The position numbers and the translations under genes are program-made. Shown here piece after piece: positions 39,379-45,749 of a DNA stretch of 64,000 nt. The notes beneath the pieces are model-generated. The model was not told the DNA's origin, ran no database searches, and was given only the letters and a program-made list of their open reading frames with translations. The DNA lies in IMG/VR virus record IMGVR_UViG_3300034072_000758, positions 434,001 through 498,000 of that record; one strand, given 5' to 3'. How positions within the stretch are numbered: position 1 is the first letter of the stretch; every line of letters begins with the position of its first letter.

Positions 39379-40567
39379 AATAATTTGCTAATATGTTTCT
39401 ATAATATTTTAAATACAAGTTCGAGTTTCCCGAAACGTTATTCATAGTTACAATAATATCCAGATTGTCTATGTAAAACCTCACAAATTCGGTAGCATCA
39501 ATTGGTAATGTGACATCACTTAACATGCTTATGGAACGAAGTGCCGAGTCATAATAATAAATCTCGTGTGGCGCACTAGGAGAACTTGAATTTTTCATAT
39601 TTGTTATGATCAAATATTTGTTAGTTCGATTTGATATTTTATGTATATGGCTGTTCCCATTACTTATTATGCTTCTGGTATAATTGTTTATATTGCCCTG
39701 TAACGAACTCGTCTCATCGGTTACAACGGACGTAGAGGGGTTATAAGAAAAATAGGAAAATTGAGGATGCGTTACGCTGCTTGAACCATGATGTAGCAAC
39801 AATTCATTGTTGGCCGGGGATAACATCGCGCGAGACGCAAGGTTACCAGATACAAAGGTATATGGGCTTGTGTATGTTTGTTCATACGTGATGCCGGTAG
39901 ACGTATTGAACTTGAAGAAATATAAATAGCTTCCATTCATATTCCACATCACAAAAGTGTCGTCATTAATCCATTCTACTTCACACACCGCACCAAATGA
40001 GCTATAACCCGGAATACCGGTAGGCACAGTAATAGTAAAATTAGAAGCCGGGGTCAAAACCGTTACATATACCGTTCCACTAAGAACACTCGCCGTAGCC
40101 GCCCAATCATTTGTTTTATGCCAACCATTTGCGGTAGTCGTACTCGCAGCCGAGGTAGCATGGTAAATAGAGCGTGATGTCGATGTAGAGGCAAATGGAA
40201 ATGTTGTTAACACATCAGAACCACTTACAGTTGTCTGTGGATAACCACCAAAAACCGAGGGTTTATGAAGCGCTCTCGTAAAAGTAAAAGGACCACTACT
40301 ATAAAAACCTGATGAATTTGCGGTATCTTTCACATACAAATCGGTCCCGGTATTCAACATAATAGCATATCTTATACCAGACACATAATAGCCGCTCGAA
40401 GCAGTGGTTGTATCTTTTCCGTATGAATACAGGCCATTTACCATTGGTGCTGTACTTGGGTGTACTTTACCATTAAAGCTTACAAAATACGGGGTGTGAT
40501 CAAACCTCGTACTTGAGGTCTGAGCGGGCGATGTACTTTTTCCTTCAACCAAATAATGATACAGCAT
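39377..40567 (-). CDS. AT-rich Ser/Thr/Tyr-rich virion accessory protein (possible receptor-binding)
   Basis: TAATG-coupled to the collagen fibre; beta-rich composition. Confidence 0.6.
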   Translation of the reverse strand: MLYHYLVEGKSTSPAQTSSTRFDHTPYFVSFNGKVHPSTAPMVNGLYSYGKDTTTASSGYYVSGIRYAIMLNTGTDLYVKDTANSSGFYSSGPFTFTRALHKPSVFGGYPQTTVSGSDVLTTFPFASTSTSRSIYHATSAASTTTANGWHKTNDWAATASVLSGTVYVTVLTPASNFTITVPTGIPGYSSFGAVCEVEWINDDTFVMWNMNGSYLYFFKFNTSTGITYEQTYTSPYTFVSGNLASRAMLSPANNELLLHHGSSSVTHPQFSYFSYNPSTSVVTDETSSLQGNINNYTRSIISNGNSHIHKISNRTNKYLIITNMKNSSSPSAPHEIYYYDSALRSISMLSDVTLPIDATEFVRFYIDNLDIIVTMNNVSGNSNLYLKYYRNILANY

Positions 40568-41847
40568 TATGAGAAGTTCTTCCCGATCTGGGTTAGAAGA
40601 TACGTTAAACCGCCGTCATATGTAAATACAGTGTAAACATCTACCGCACCATTCGACGTGGATTGTGTATACGTAACATTCTGGGGGGTTCTGGCCGATG
40701 CTGGCCATGTTACCGAAAATGCTCCGCCCCCCTGCCGCACCGCAACAATCGCAGTATATGTTCTGGATGTCGAAACCGCATTCGTGAAGGCAAAACTTGT
40801 AGCCCCGGTTAAGGTAATATTATAAAAATAGTTAGCACCTAGATCGAGCGTAACAGTTCCAGACGCACTAGCAACCACCGCAACATTTTCATAAGTTGGC
40901 CCCATCGGACCTTGAATACCTTGAATGCCCTGAACACCTTGAATACCTTGAACACCTTGAATACCCTGAGCACCAGTATTACCTATAGGGCCTTGTATAC
41001 CTTGTATACCTTGCGGACCTTGTGGTCCTTGCTCACCTCTAACATACCCAGCGTTCCCAATCGATCCATTGGAATATAGAATATTAAGCCAGCCGGTAAT
41101 CGCGTTGGCCGAAACAATACCATTACCATATGGACCTGCTGGTCCGGTCGCGCCTTGGTTACCCTGTGGCCCCTGTGGGCCGATCACCGAACCAGCATCA
41201 ATCGTCGCTCCCGTTGAGAGAGTCAGAATAAGGCGTCCTGAGCCATTGACCACTGCTGCTGTAACACTGGTCCCACTTGGACCCACCACGGCACCGGCAT
41301 TGATCACGGTTCCAGACGTAAGCGTCAGATAAAGTTGACCGTTCGTAACTGTAGCAGACTGTACACCAACACCATTGGTCCCAGAAGCCCCATCTAAGCC
41401 CTTTACGTAGCCAGCATTGATCGTGAGGCCGTTGGACATATTAATGAAGAGATCGCCGCTCTGAGCTACGTATGCGCCTTGTACGCCTACACCGTTTTCA
41501 CCCACAACATCACCCACGTCGATGACCGTGTTATCAGTCAAAGTGAAAATCAGATTTTGGTTCAGAATTTGCGCGTTGGAAACGCCGACGCCTTGCGGAC
41601 CAGCCTCGCCAGTAGGAACGATCCCGGCATCAATGACTGAGTTATCGGTCATGAGCATCAGAAGATGATTCTCACCGTTTACGTACTCAACGTATACGTT
41701 GGCAACACCCACCCCACGCGGGCCTTCTGGCCCCATAACAACAGGGATTTTATCGACCACGGCATTAGGTATTATCGTGTCGTTTGTATTGTTGAACATA
41801 ACTGGTGGAGTACCACCGGGAAGACGGGCATTGATAATATCTGGCAT
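40567..41847 (-). CDS. collagen-like tail fibre protein
   Basis: (GXY)n tracts, several GVGVxxAxVxxGxL.LTLS.G..I.AG.V.G repeats, C-terminal TLDL.....NITLTG...F.FTN domain; late promoter. Confidence 0.85.
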   Translation of the reverse strand: MPDIINARLPGGTPPVMFNNTNDTIIPNAVVDKIPVVMGPEGPRGVGVANVYVEYVNGENHLLMLMTDNSVIDAGIVPTGEAGPQGVGVSNAQILNQNLIFTLTDNTVIDVGDVVGENGVGVQGAYVAQSGDLFINMSNGLTINAGYVKGLDGASGTNGVGVQSATVTNGQLYLTLTSGTVINAGAVVGPSGTSVTAAVVNGSGRLILTLSTGATIDAGSVIGPQGPQGNQGATGPAGPYGNGIVSANAITGWLNILYSNGSIGNAGYVRGEQGPQGPQGIQGIQGPIGNTGAQGIQGVQGIQGVQGIQGIQGPMGPTYENVAVVASASGTVTLDLGANYFYNITLTGATSFAFTNAVSTSRTYTAIVAVRQGGGAFSVTWPASARTPQNVTYTQSTSNGAVDVYTVFTYDGGLTYLLTQIGKNFS

Positions 41848-41872
41848 ACAGATATTTATTCAACAACATGAC

Positions 41873-41900
41873 TTGACAAAATATCAGGCTATGCTATCTT
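41873..41900 (+). promoter_or_regulatory. sigma70-type promoter of a non-coding transcript
   Basis: TTGACA-16 nt-TATCTT with extended TG; no credible ORF before the terminator at 42340. Confidence 0.7.
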
Positions 41901-41906
41901 ATACTT

Positions 41907-42373
41907 GTCCCTCCGCTATTGGGTCGTGTGAACATTCTAGGTAAGTAACACGTTCTCATACAGGCTCGCGGTTAAGTCTATGGGTGATCTGAGTGGCCTA
42001 AGATGTATGTGGTTCGATTCCACTATGGGATACCAATTCGCTCAAATGAGCAAACGAATTGTTGTTTAAAGGGTGTATGGAGGCACGTTCTGTCCGAGTG
42101 GGGACAGAAAGGCGGGGGTTCGAATCCCCGTTGTCCGAATCAGGTGGTGTTTTCGAGGGAGACCTTGGAAATGTGGGTTCGAGTCCCACAGAGACAGAAC
42201 AACAGACCAACGGCGAGAGTTGCGTATCTATAAGTTCAGGCCCGAAAGGGATAGAGTGAAGCTGAGGATGCCGCGAAGGAAGTAAGCGCGGATTCGATGA
42301 CGCTGAAACGAATATTACACCCTGACGCTCTCAATGATTAGGCCCTCGGACATACCATCCGAGGGCCTTTTTT
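41907..42373 (+). ncRNA. unidentified structured ncRNA (~460 nt) with a tRNA-like 5' module and two further T-loop hairpins
   Basis: T-loops at 42013, 42119, 42178; CCA at 42033-35; helices 42070-77/42316-23 and 42087-94/42193-200; GNRA hairpins; terminator 42340..42373. Confidence 0.7.
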
Positions 42374-42704
42374 ATATGTATAGCAACACGTCCATTAAAA
42401 GATTATCTATACATTCCACCGAGGGCTTGTCCGTGTGCGGGAAATTAGTGTACATCAAACGATTATCATTGAACGTAAATTCATACTTATATTCTTGAAT
42501 ACCATTATTTCTAAGCTTATACGTGATGTCATCAATAAAAATCTCCCAAATAAAAACCGAATCAATTTTGTCTATTTCAATACGTTTATACTTATGTCCA
42601 TAGCCCTCACGACATTGCGTCCATTTACCCAAGCTCTCTATTTGCTTAAAAGCATTTTCAAGAGACCTGAGTAAATGTCGTTGTTCCTGCGGTGTGTAAA
42701 TCAT
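42372..42704 (-). CDS. hypothetical protein, shared C-terminal motif
   Basis: Start MIYTPQ gives an ATGA overlap with the K+ channel stop; ends ECIDNLLMDVLLYI. Confidence 0.6.
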   Translation of the reverse strand: MIYTPQEQRHLLRSLENAFKQIESLGKWTQCREGYGHKYKRIEIDKIDSVFIWEIFIDDITYKLRNNGIQEYKYEFTFNDNRLMYTNFPHTDKPSVECIDNLLMDVLLYI

Positions 42705-43045
42705 TTCTTTTGAGACCGAATGTATTTCAGAATTTCTTCTTGTTCTTCGTGCGTGAACTCGTTGCGATTCTCGACCATCGTACTGATGATGCGACCGATC
42801 AACAAAGGCATAATGAAAAGAAGAATGACGTGCATCAAGCCAGTCGCAATAAGCCGCCCAGCCAAAGTTGTGGGATACATGTCGCCGTAGCCGACCGTAG
42901 AGGCAGTCACGACGCACCACCAAAGACTATCCCAGAAAGTCTTTCCTTCGGCCCACGAGTAGCCCAGAGCCGCCAGAAACACGATCAATACATACAGAGC
43001 AATAAGCTCACGGATCGTGTTTGTCGCCTTGATCAAATACTTCAT
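42701..43045 (-). CDS. two-TM potassium channel (KcsA-like, 114 aa)
   Basis: TM1, pore helix SLWWCVVTAST, filter TVGYGD, TM2; AAGGAG RBS. Confidence 0.9.
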   Translation of the reverse strand: MKYLIKATNTIRELIALYVLIVFLAALGYSWAEGKTFWDSLWWCVVTASTVGYGDMYPTTLAGRLIATGLMHVILLFIMPLLIGRIISTMVENRNEFTHEEQEEILKYIRSQKK

Positions 43046-43104
43046 ACTATCTCCTTTTCTAATAGAGAAGCGCAGCATACTACTTTTTAATGGAAGCATC
43101 AAGA

Positions 43105-43386
43105 TCAGCCATGACGATATAATGCGTCAGACAACCAACCATCCCAATCATCGAATGGAGGAATGTTGTTGAGATCGACCACGAAGTAACGCATCAGGGC
43201 ATTATCGACTGTGGCTTGCGCTCTGGCCTTCCAAACAGCTTTCGCTTCCTCGGAAGATGGATAGATACCTACCAAGTCGATTTTAGAAACATCTTTGAAT
43301 TGGAGAGAATCGACGGAGACCAACTCTCCCCCAATCACCAAATACAACCACTGTCTTGTGTGAAAGCTGTCGGTTTCGTTGGTCAT
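43105..43386 (-). CDS. DUF4170-family protein (alphaproteobacterial)
   Basis: LVIGGEL......F.D...IDLVG.YP....A...WKA.AQATVDNA.MRYF. Confidence 0.8.
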   Translation of the reverse strand: MTNETDSFHTRQWLYLVIGGELVSVDSLQFKDVSKIDLVGIYPSSEEAKAVWKARAQATVDNALMRYFVVDLNNIPPFDDWDGWLSDALYRHG

Positions 43387-43413
43387 ATTCCAGTCCTTGT
43401 GATCAAAGTATTT

Positions 43414-43490
43414 TGGCAGGGGTGGAGAGATTCGAACTCCCATCGCGCAGTTTTGGAGACTGCCGCTCTAACCGTTGGAGCTACACCCCT
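43414..43490 (-). tRNA. trnW: tRNA-Trp(CCA)
   Basis: AGGGGTG/CACCCCT, GCAGT-CTCCAAA-ACTGC, G73-CCA. Confidence 0.95.
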
Positions 43491-43502
43491 ATAGGCGATC
43501 AA

Positions 43503-43781
43503 TCACTTGACCGCAAAGGAAGAAATGAGCTTACAACTCGTTTTTACAAACCCTACATAACGAGGGTCCGAGAAACGGTCGAAGTCATTCAAATAATCGA
43601 AGTCCGCCTTGTCGATTTCATACACATGATATTCGACGGCTGGTGAATGCTGTTCTACAACCGTAAAACTACGGTCGCTTCTCAAGCCACGTTCTTTATC
43701 TGCGATCTTCACAGCTTCAATCGGCCTTAAGTTATTCGTCAAGGCGACGATATGATTTTGATTCAAAACAGCGGTACGCAT
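43503..43781 (-). CDS. hypothetical protein inside the tRNA array
   Basis: AAGGAG RBS, 92 aa. Confidence 0.6.
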   Translation of the reverse strand: MRTAVLNQNHIVALTNNLRPIEAVKIADKERGLRSDRSFTVVEQHSPAVEYHVYEIDKADFDYLNDFDRFSDPRYVGFVKTSCKLISSFAVK

Positions 43782-43841
43782 ACTATTACTCCTTACCCGA
43801 CATTAATAATTTATTTACATTATCAAAGTCAATTTTATTTT

Positions 43842-43932
43842 TGGAGGACGTGGTGGGACTCGAACCCACGGTGGTCTATGTTACGACAACAGGTTAAGAG
43901 CCTGTCCCTCTCGCCGCTGAGGTGACACGTCC
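43842..43932 (-). tRNA. tRNA-Lys(CTT) with long variable arm (91 nt)
   Basis: GGACGTG/CACGTCC, ACAGG-CTCTTAA-CCTGT, ~19-nt variable region with a GTC/GAC stem, U73-CCA. Confidence 0.85.
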
Positions 43933-44026
43933 GTATCAAAAATGTAGGGAGATCGGGTTCACCACAATCATGCTGGTACACAAGGTCGTCACATGATTAG
44001 TAACCCACTAGGGCATGGCTCCAGCT

Positions 44027-44102
44027 TGGTGAACACGGTGGGGGTCGAACCCACGACCTACTGATTAAAAGTCAGTTGCTCTACCTACTGAGCTACGTGT
44101 TC
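44027..44102 (-). tRNA. trnK: tRNA-Lys(TTT), canonical
   Basis: GAACACG/CGTGTTC, ACTGA-CTTTTAA-TCAGT, A73-CCA. Confidence 0.95.
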
Positions 44103-44103
44103 G

Positions 44104-44183
44104 TGCGCCCTGTCGGACTCGAACCGACACTCGTTAGAAGCAGATTTTAAGTCTGCCGGGTCTACCAATTTCCCCAAGGGCGC
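44104..44183 (-). tRNA. trnL: tRNA-Leu(TAA)
   Basis: GCGCCCT/AGGGCGC, GCAGA-CTTAAAA-TCTGC, type II arm, A73, no CCA. Confidence 0.92.
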
Positions 44184-44233
44184 TTAGGTACTTTTCTTGT
44201 AAACATCAAAGATGATTTTGGCAACATCTTTGT

Positions 44234-44309
44234 TGGCGAGGATAGAAGGATTCGAACCTCCGACACATGCGTTCGAAGCGCATTGCTCTGTCCACTGAGC
44301 TATATCCCC
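44234..44309 (-). tRNA. trnR: tRNA-Arg(TCG)
   Basis: GGGGATA/TATCCTC, ATGCG-CTTCGAA-CGCAT, G73-CCA. Confidence 0.93.
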
Positions 44310-44310
44310 G

Positions 44311-44395
44311 TGCGCCGAGAGGGATTCGAACCCTCATACCATTACGGTGTCCGTTTTTGAAACGGGTGCGTCTACCAAAGTTCCGCCACCAGCGC
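44311..44395 (-). tRNA. trnL: tRNA-Leu(CAA)
   Basis: GCGCTGG/TCGGCGC, CCCGT-TTCAAAA-ACGGA, type II arm, A73. Confidence 0.9.
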
Positions 44396-44446
44396 ATAGA
44401 AAACCTTTAATATAGATCGTTATCCACATCCATATTAAAGGTTATG

Positions 44447-44530
44447 AGGATGTAGAGGGACTCGAACCCCCGATGGTCTTTTGACAACGGATTAAAAGCC
44501 CGTCCCTCTCGCCGCTGAGGTGATACATCC
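44447..44530 (-). tRNA. tRNA-Lys(TTT) with long variable arm
   Basis: GGATGTA/TACATCC, ACGGG-CTTTTAA-TCCGT, GTC-AAAA-GAC variable hairpin, D-arm identical to the 43842 tRNA, U73, no CCA. Confidence 0.85.
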
Positions 44531-44545
44531 ATAGTAGTATTTGTT

Positions 44546-44622
44546 TGGAGGACGTGGTGGGACTCGAACCCACAACATTCGGTTTAAGAGACCGACGCTC
44601 TAACCATTGTAGCTACACGTCC
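44546..44622 (-). tRNA. trnK: tRNA-Lys(CTT), short variable loop
   Basis: Same acceptor and T-arm as 43842..43932; TCGGT-CTCTTAA-ACCGA; U73-CCA. Confidence 0.93.
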
Positions 44623-44639
44623 GTATCAAACAAATACTG

Positions 44640-44712
44640 CGCGGATCAAGGGACTCGAACCCATAACCCTCTGTTTAGAAGACAGATGCTCGTCCAATTG
44701 AGCTTCATCCGC
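44640..44712 (-). tRNA. trnR: tRNA-Arg(TCT)
   Basis: GCGGATG/GATCCGC (7:66 mismatch), TCTGT-CTTCTAA-ACAGA. Confidence 0.88.
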
Positions 44713-44721
44713 ATAGTAGTG

Positions 44722-44807
44722 TGTGCCGAGGGGGACTCGAACCCCCACGCCCATTACAGGCCCCGGTTTCTGAAACCGGGAAGTCTACCAAATTTCATCA
44801 TCAGCAC
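44722..44807 (-). tRNA. trnL: tRNA-Leu(CAG)
   Basis: GTGCTGA/TCGGCAC, CCGGT-TTCAGAA-ACCGG, type II arm. Confidence 0.9.
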
Positions 44808-44832
44808 GTATGCTCTTTCGAGCAAAGTCTTG

Positions 44833-44912
44833 TACGGGTGAGAGGACTCGAACCTCCACGATTGCTCGCTAGAACCTAAACCTAGTGCGTCTACCAGTTT
44901 CGCCACACCCGC
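44833..44912 (-). tRNA. trnL: tRNA-Leu(TAG)
   Basis: GCGGGTG/CACCCGT, CTAGG-TTTAGGT-TCTAG, type II arm. Confidence 0.92.
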
Positions 44913-44913
44913 G

Positions 44914-44986
44914 CACTGCCAGTAGGACTCGAACCTACAACCTTCTGATTCGTAATCAGATGCTCATCCAGTTGAGCTATGGCAGC
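44914..44986 (-). tRNA. trnR: tRNA-Arg(ACG)
   Basis: GCTGCCA/TGGCAGT, TCTGA-TTACGAA-TCAGA. Confidence 0.92.
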
Positions 44987-44992
44987 ATAAAG

Positions 44993-45102
44993 CAACAAGA
45001 CGGTGGGGTTCGAACCCACAACCTTTCGGCTCCGACTTTGACCGCAACGGCTTTTCGCAAACCATTACGTGCGTGTGTATACCCATTCCACCACGCCAAG
45101 TT
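44993..45102 (-). ncRNA. oversized tRNA-like RNA (110 nt) without a canonical anticodon loop
   Basis: T-arm GTGGG-TTCGAAC-CCCAC, type II D-arm GTG-GAATGGGTATA-CAC, imperfect acceptor AACTTGGCG/CGTCTTGTT, ~55 nt multi-hairpin centre. Confidence 0.65.
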
Positions 45103-45110
45103 ACTTCAAG

Positions 45111-45195
45111 TGTCCATGAAAGGATTCGAACCTTCACGCCCATTACAGGCAACAGCCTCTCAAGCTGCCGTGGCTACCAATTACACCACACGGAC
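45111..45195 (-). tRNA. trnL: tRNA-Leu(GAG)
   Basis: GTCCGTG/CATGGAC, GCAGC-TTGAGAG-GCTGT, type II arm. Confidence 0.92.
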
Positions 45196-45204
45196 ATACG
45201 CAAG

Positions 45205-45321
45205 TGCGTTCGGGAGGATTCGAACCTCCAACCTCTATACTCGTTTGATCGTCATCCGACCAGTATAGCGGTATCCAACCCTCTAATGGGCTGGCGTGGC
45301 TACCAATTTCACCACGAGCGC
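45205..45321 (-). ncRNA. oversized Leu-like tRNA (117 nt) with 7-bp anticodon stem and ~45-nt variable arm
   Basis: GCGCTCG/CGAACGC acceptor, Leu-type D-arm, CCAGCCC-ATTAGA-GGGTTGG, CTATACT/AGTATAG arm, GGAGG-TTCGAAT-CCTCC, A73. Confidence 0.7.
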
Positions 45322-45331
45322 ATATTACGAG

Positions 45332-45406
45332 CGGGACTGGCAGGATTCGAACCTGCGACCTTCGGTTTCGTAGACCGGCGCTCTTATTCCGCTGAGCTAC
45401 AGTCCC
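45332..45406 (-). tRNA. trnR: tRNA-Arg(ACG), second copy
   Basis: GGGACTG/CAGTCCC, CCGGT-CTACGAA-ACCGA. Confidence 0.92.
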
Positions 45407-45436
45407 GTAATACTTTGATTCACAATGTAAAAGAAC

Positions 45437-45474
45437 ATAGAAAAACCCCCAAAAGCGTATTGCTCTTGGGGGTT
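45437..45474 (-). terminator. attenuator terminator (3:4 helix) directly upstream of the tRNA array
   Basis: AACCCCCAAGAGC-AATAC-GCTTTTGGGGGTT followed by TTTCT on the minus strand. Confidence 0.85.
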
Positions 45475-45532
45475 CGATCTTAACCGTTATGTTGTCTGCC
45501 TATTTCATCCGATGAAACGCAGACATGCGCGA

Positions 45533-45598
45533 TTAAACCGTACCCCCTTTCGGGCGGCGGAGCCACTTTCTTAACAGTTTAAGGCGCAGAGCGAACAT
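45533..45598 (-). CDS. leader (attenuator) peptide MFALRLKLLRKWLRRPKGGTV
   Basis: AGGA 10 nt upstream of ATG; codons 4-17 are 13/14 Leu/Arg/Lys/Trp; stop lies within the antiterminator strand. Confidence 0.8.
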   Translation of the reverse strand: MFALRLKLLRKWLRRPKGGTV

Positions 45599-45644
45599 AA
45601 CGAAAAATTCCTGTGATTTTGGGGCGAAACCCCGTGTGGATTTC

Positions 45645-45674
45645 ACCCTATCATTTCTATTTATCATCGGTCAA
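45645..45674 (-). promoter_or_regulatory. tRNA-array promoter (sigma70-like, with an embedded TAAATA late element)
   Basis: TTGACC-18 nt-TAGGGT preceded by TG; ATAAATA within the spacer. Confidence 0.55.
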
Positions 45675-45713
45675 CAAAAAAAGTTATTTTCCGATGAATT
45701 TTTTTGAACAAAG

Positions 45714-45744
45714 AAAAAGCGCCGCACGTTTCCATGCGGCGCTT
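45714..45744 (-). terminator. intrinsic terminator
   Basis: AAGCGCCGCA..TGCGGCGCTTTTT after the HNH-like gene; insulates the leader. Confidence 0.8.
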
Positions 45745-45749
45745 CATCA

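Noticed and set aside
40900-41170. 9-nt tandem DNA repeats (ACCTTGAAT-like)
   Set aside because: Explained by collagen GXY coding; not a separate element.
41907-42373. Identification as RNase P RNA, permuted tmRNA or SRP RNA
   Set aside because: No GAGGAAAGUCC P4 motif; no GGGG acceptor or tag ORF ending in AA; the SRP-like loop lacks AGCA. Left as unidentified.
43840-45406. Recurring GGACTCGAACC/GGATTCGAACC motifs resembling a CRISPR array
   Set aside because: They are T-arms of minus-strand tRNAs; spacing is irregular, spacers fold as cloverleafs and no cas genes are present.
44206-45483. ORF-track ORFs across the tRNA array
   Set aside because: They overlap well-formed tRNA genes and have no RBS or protein motifs.
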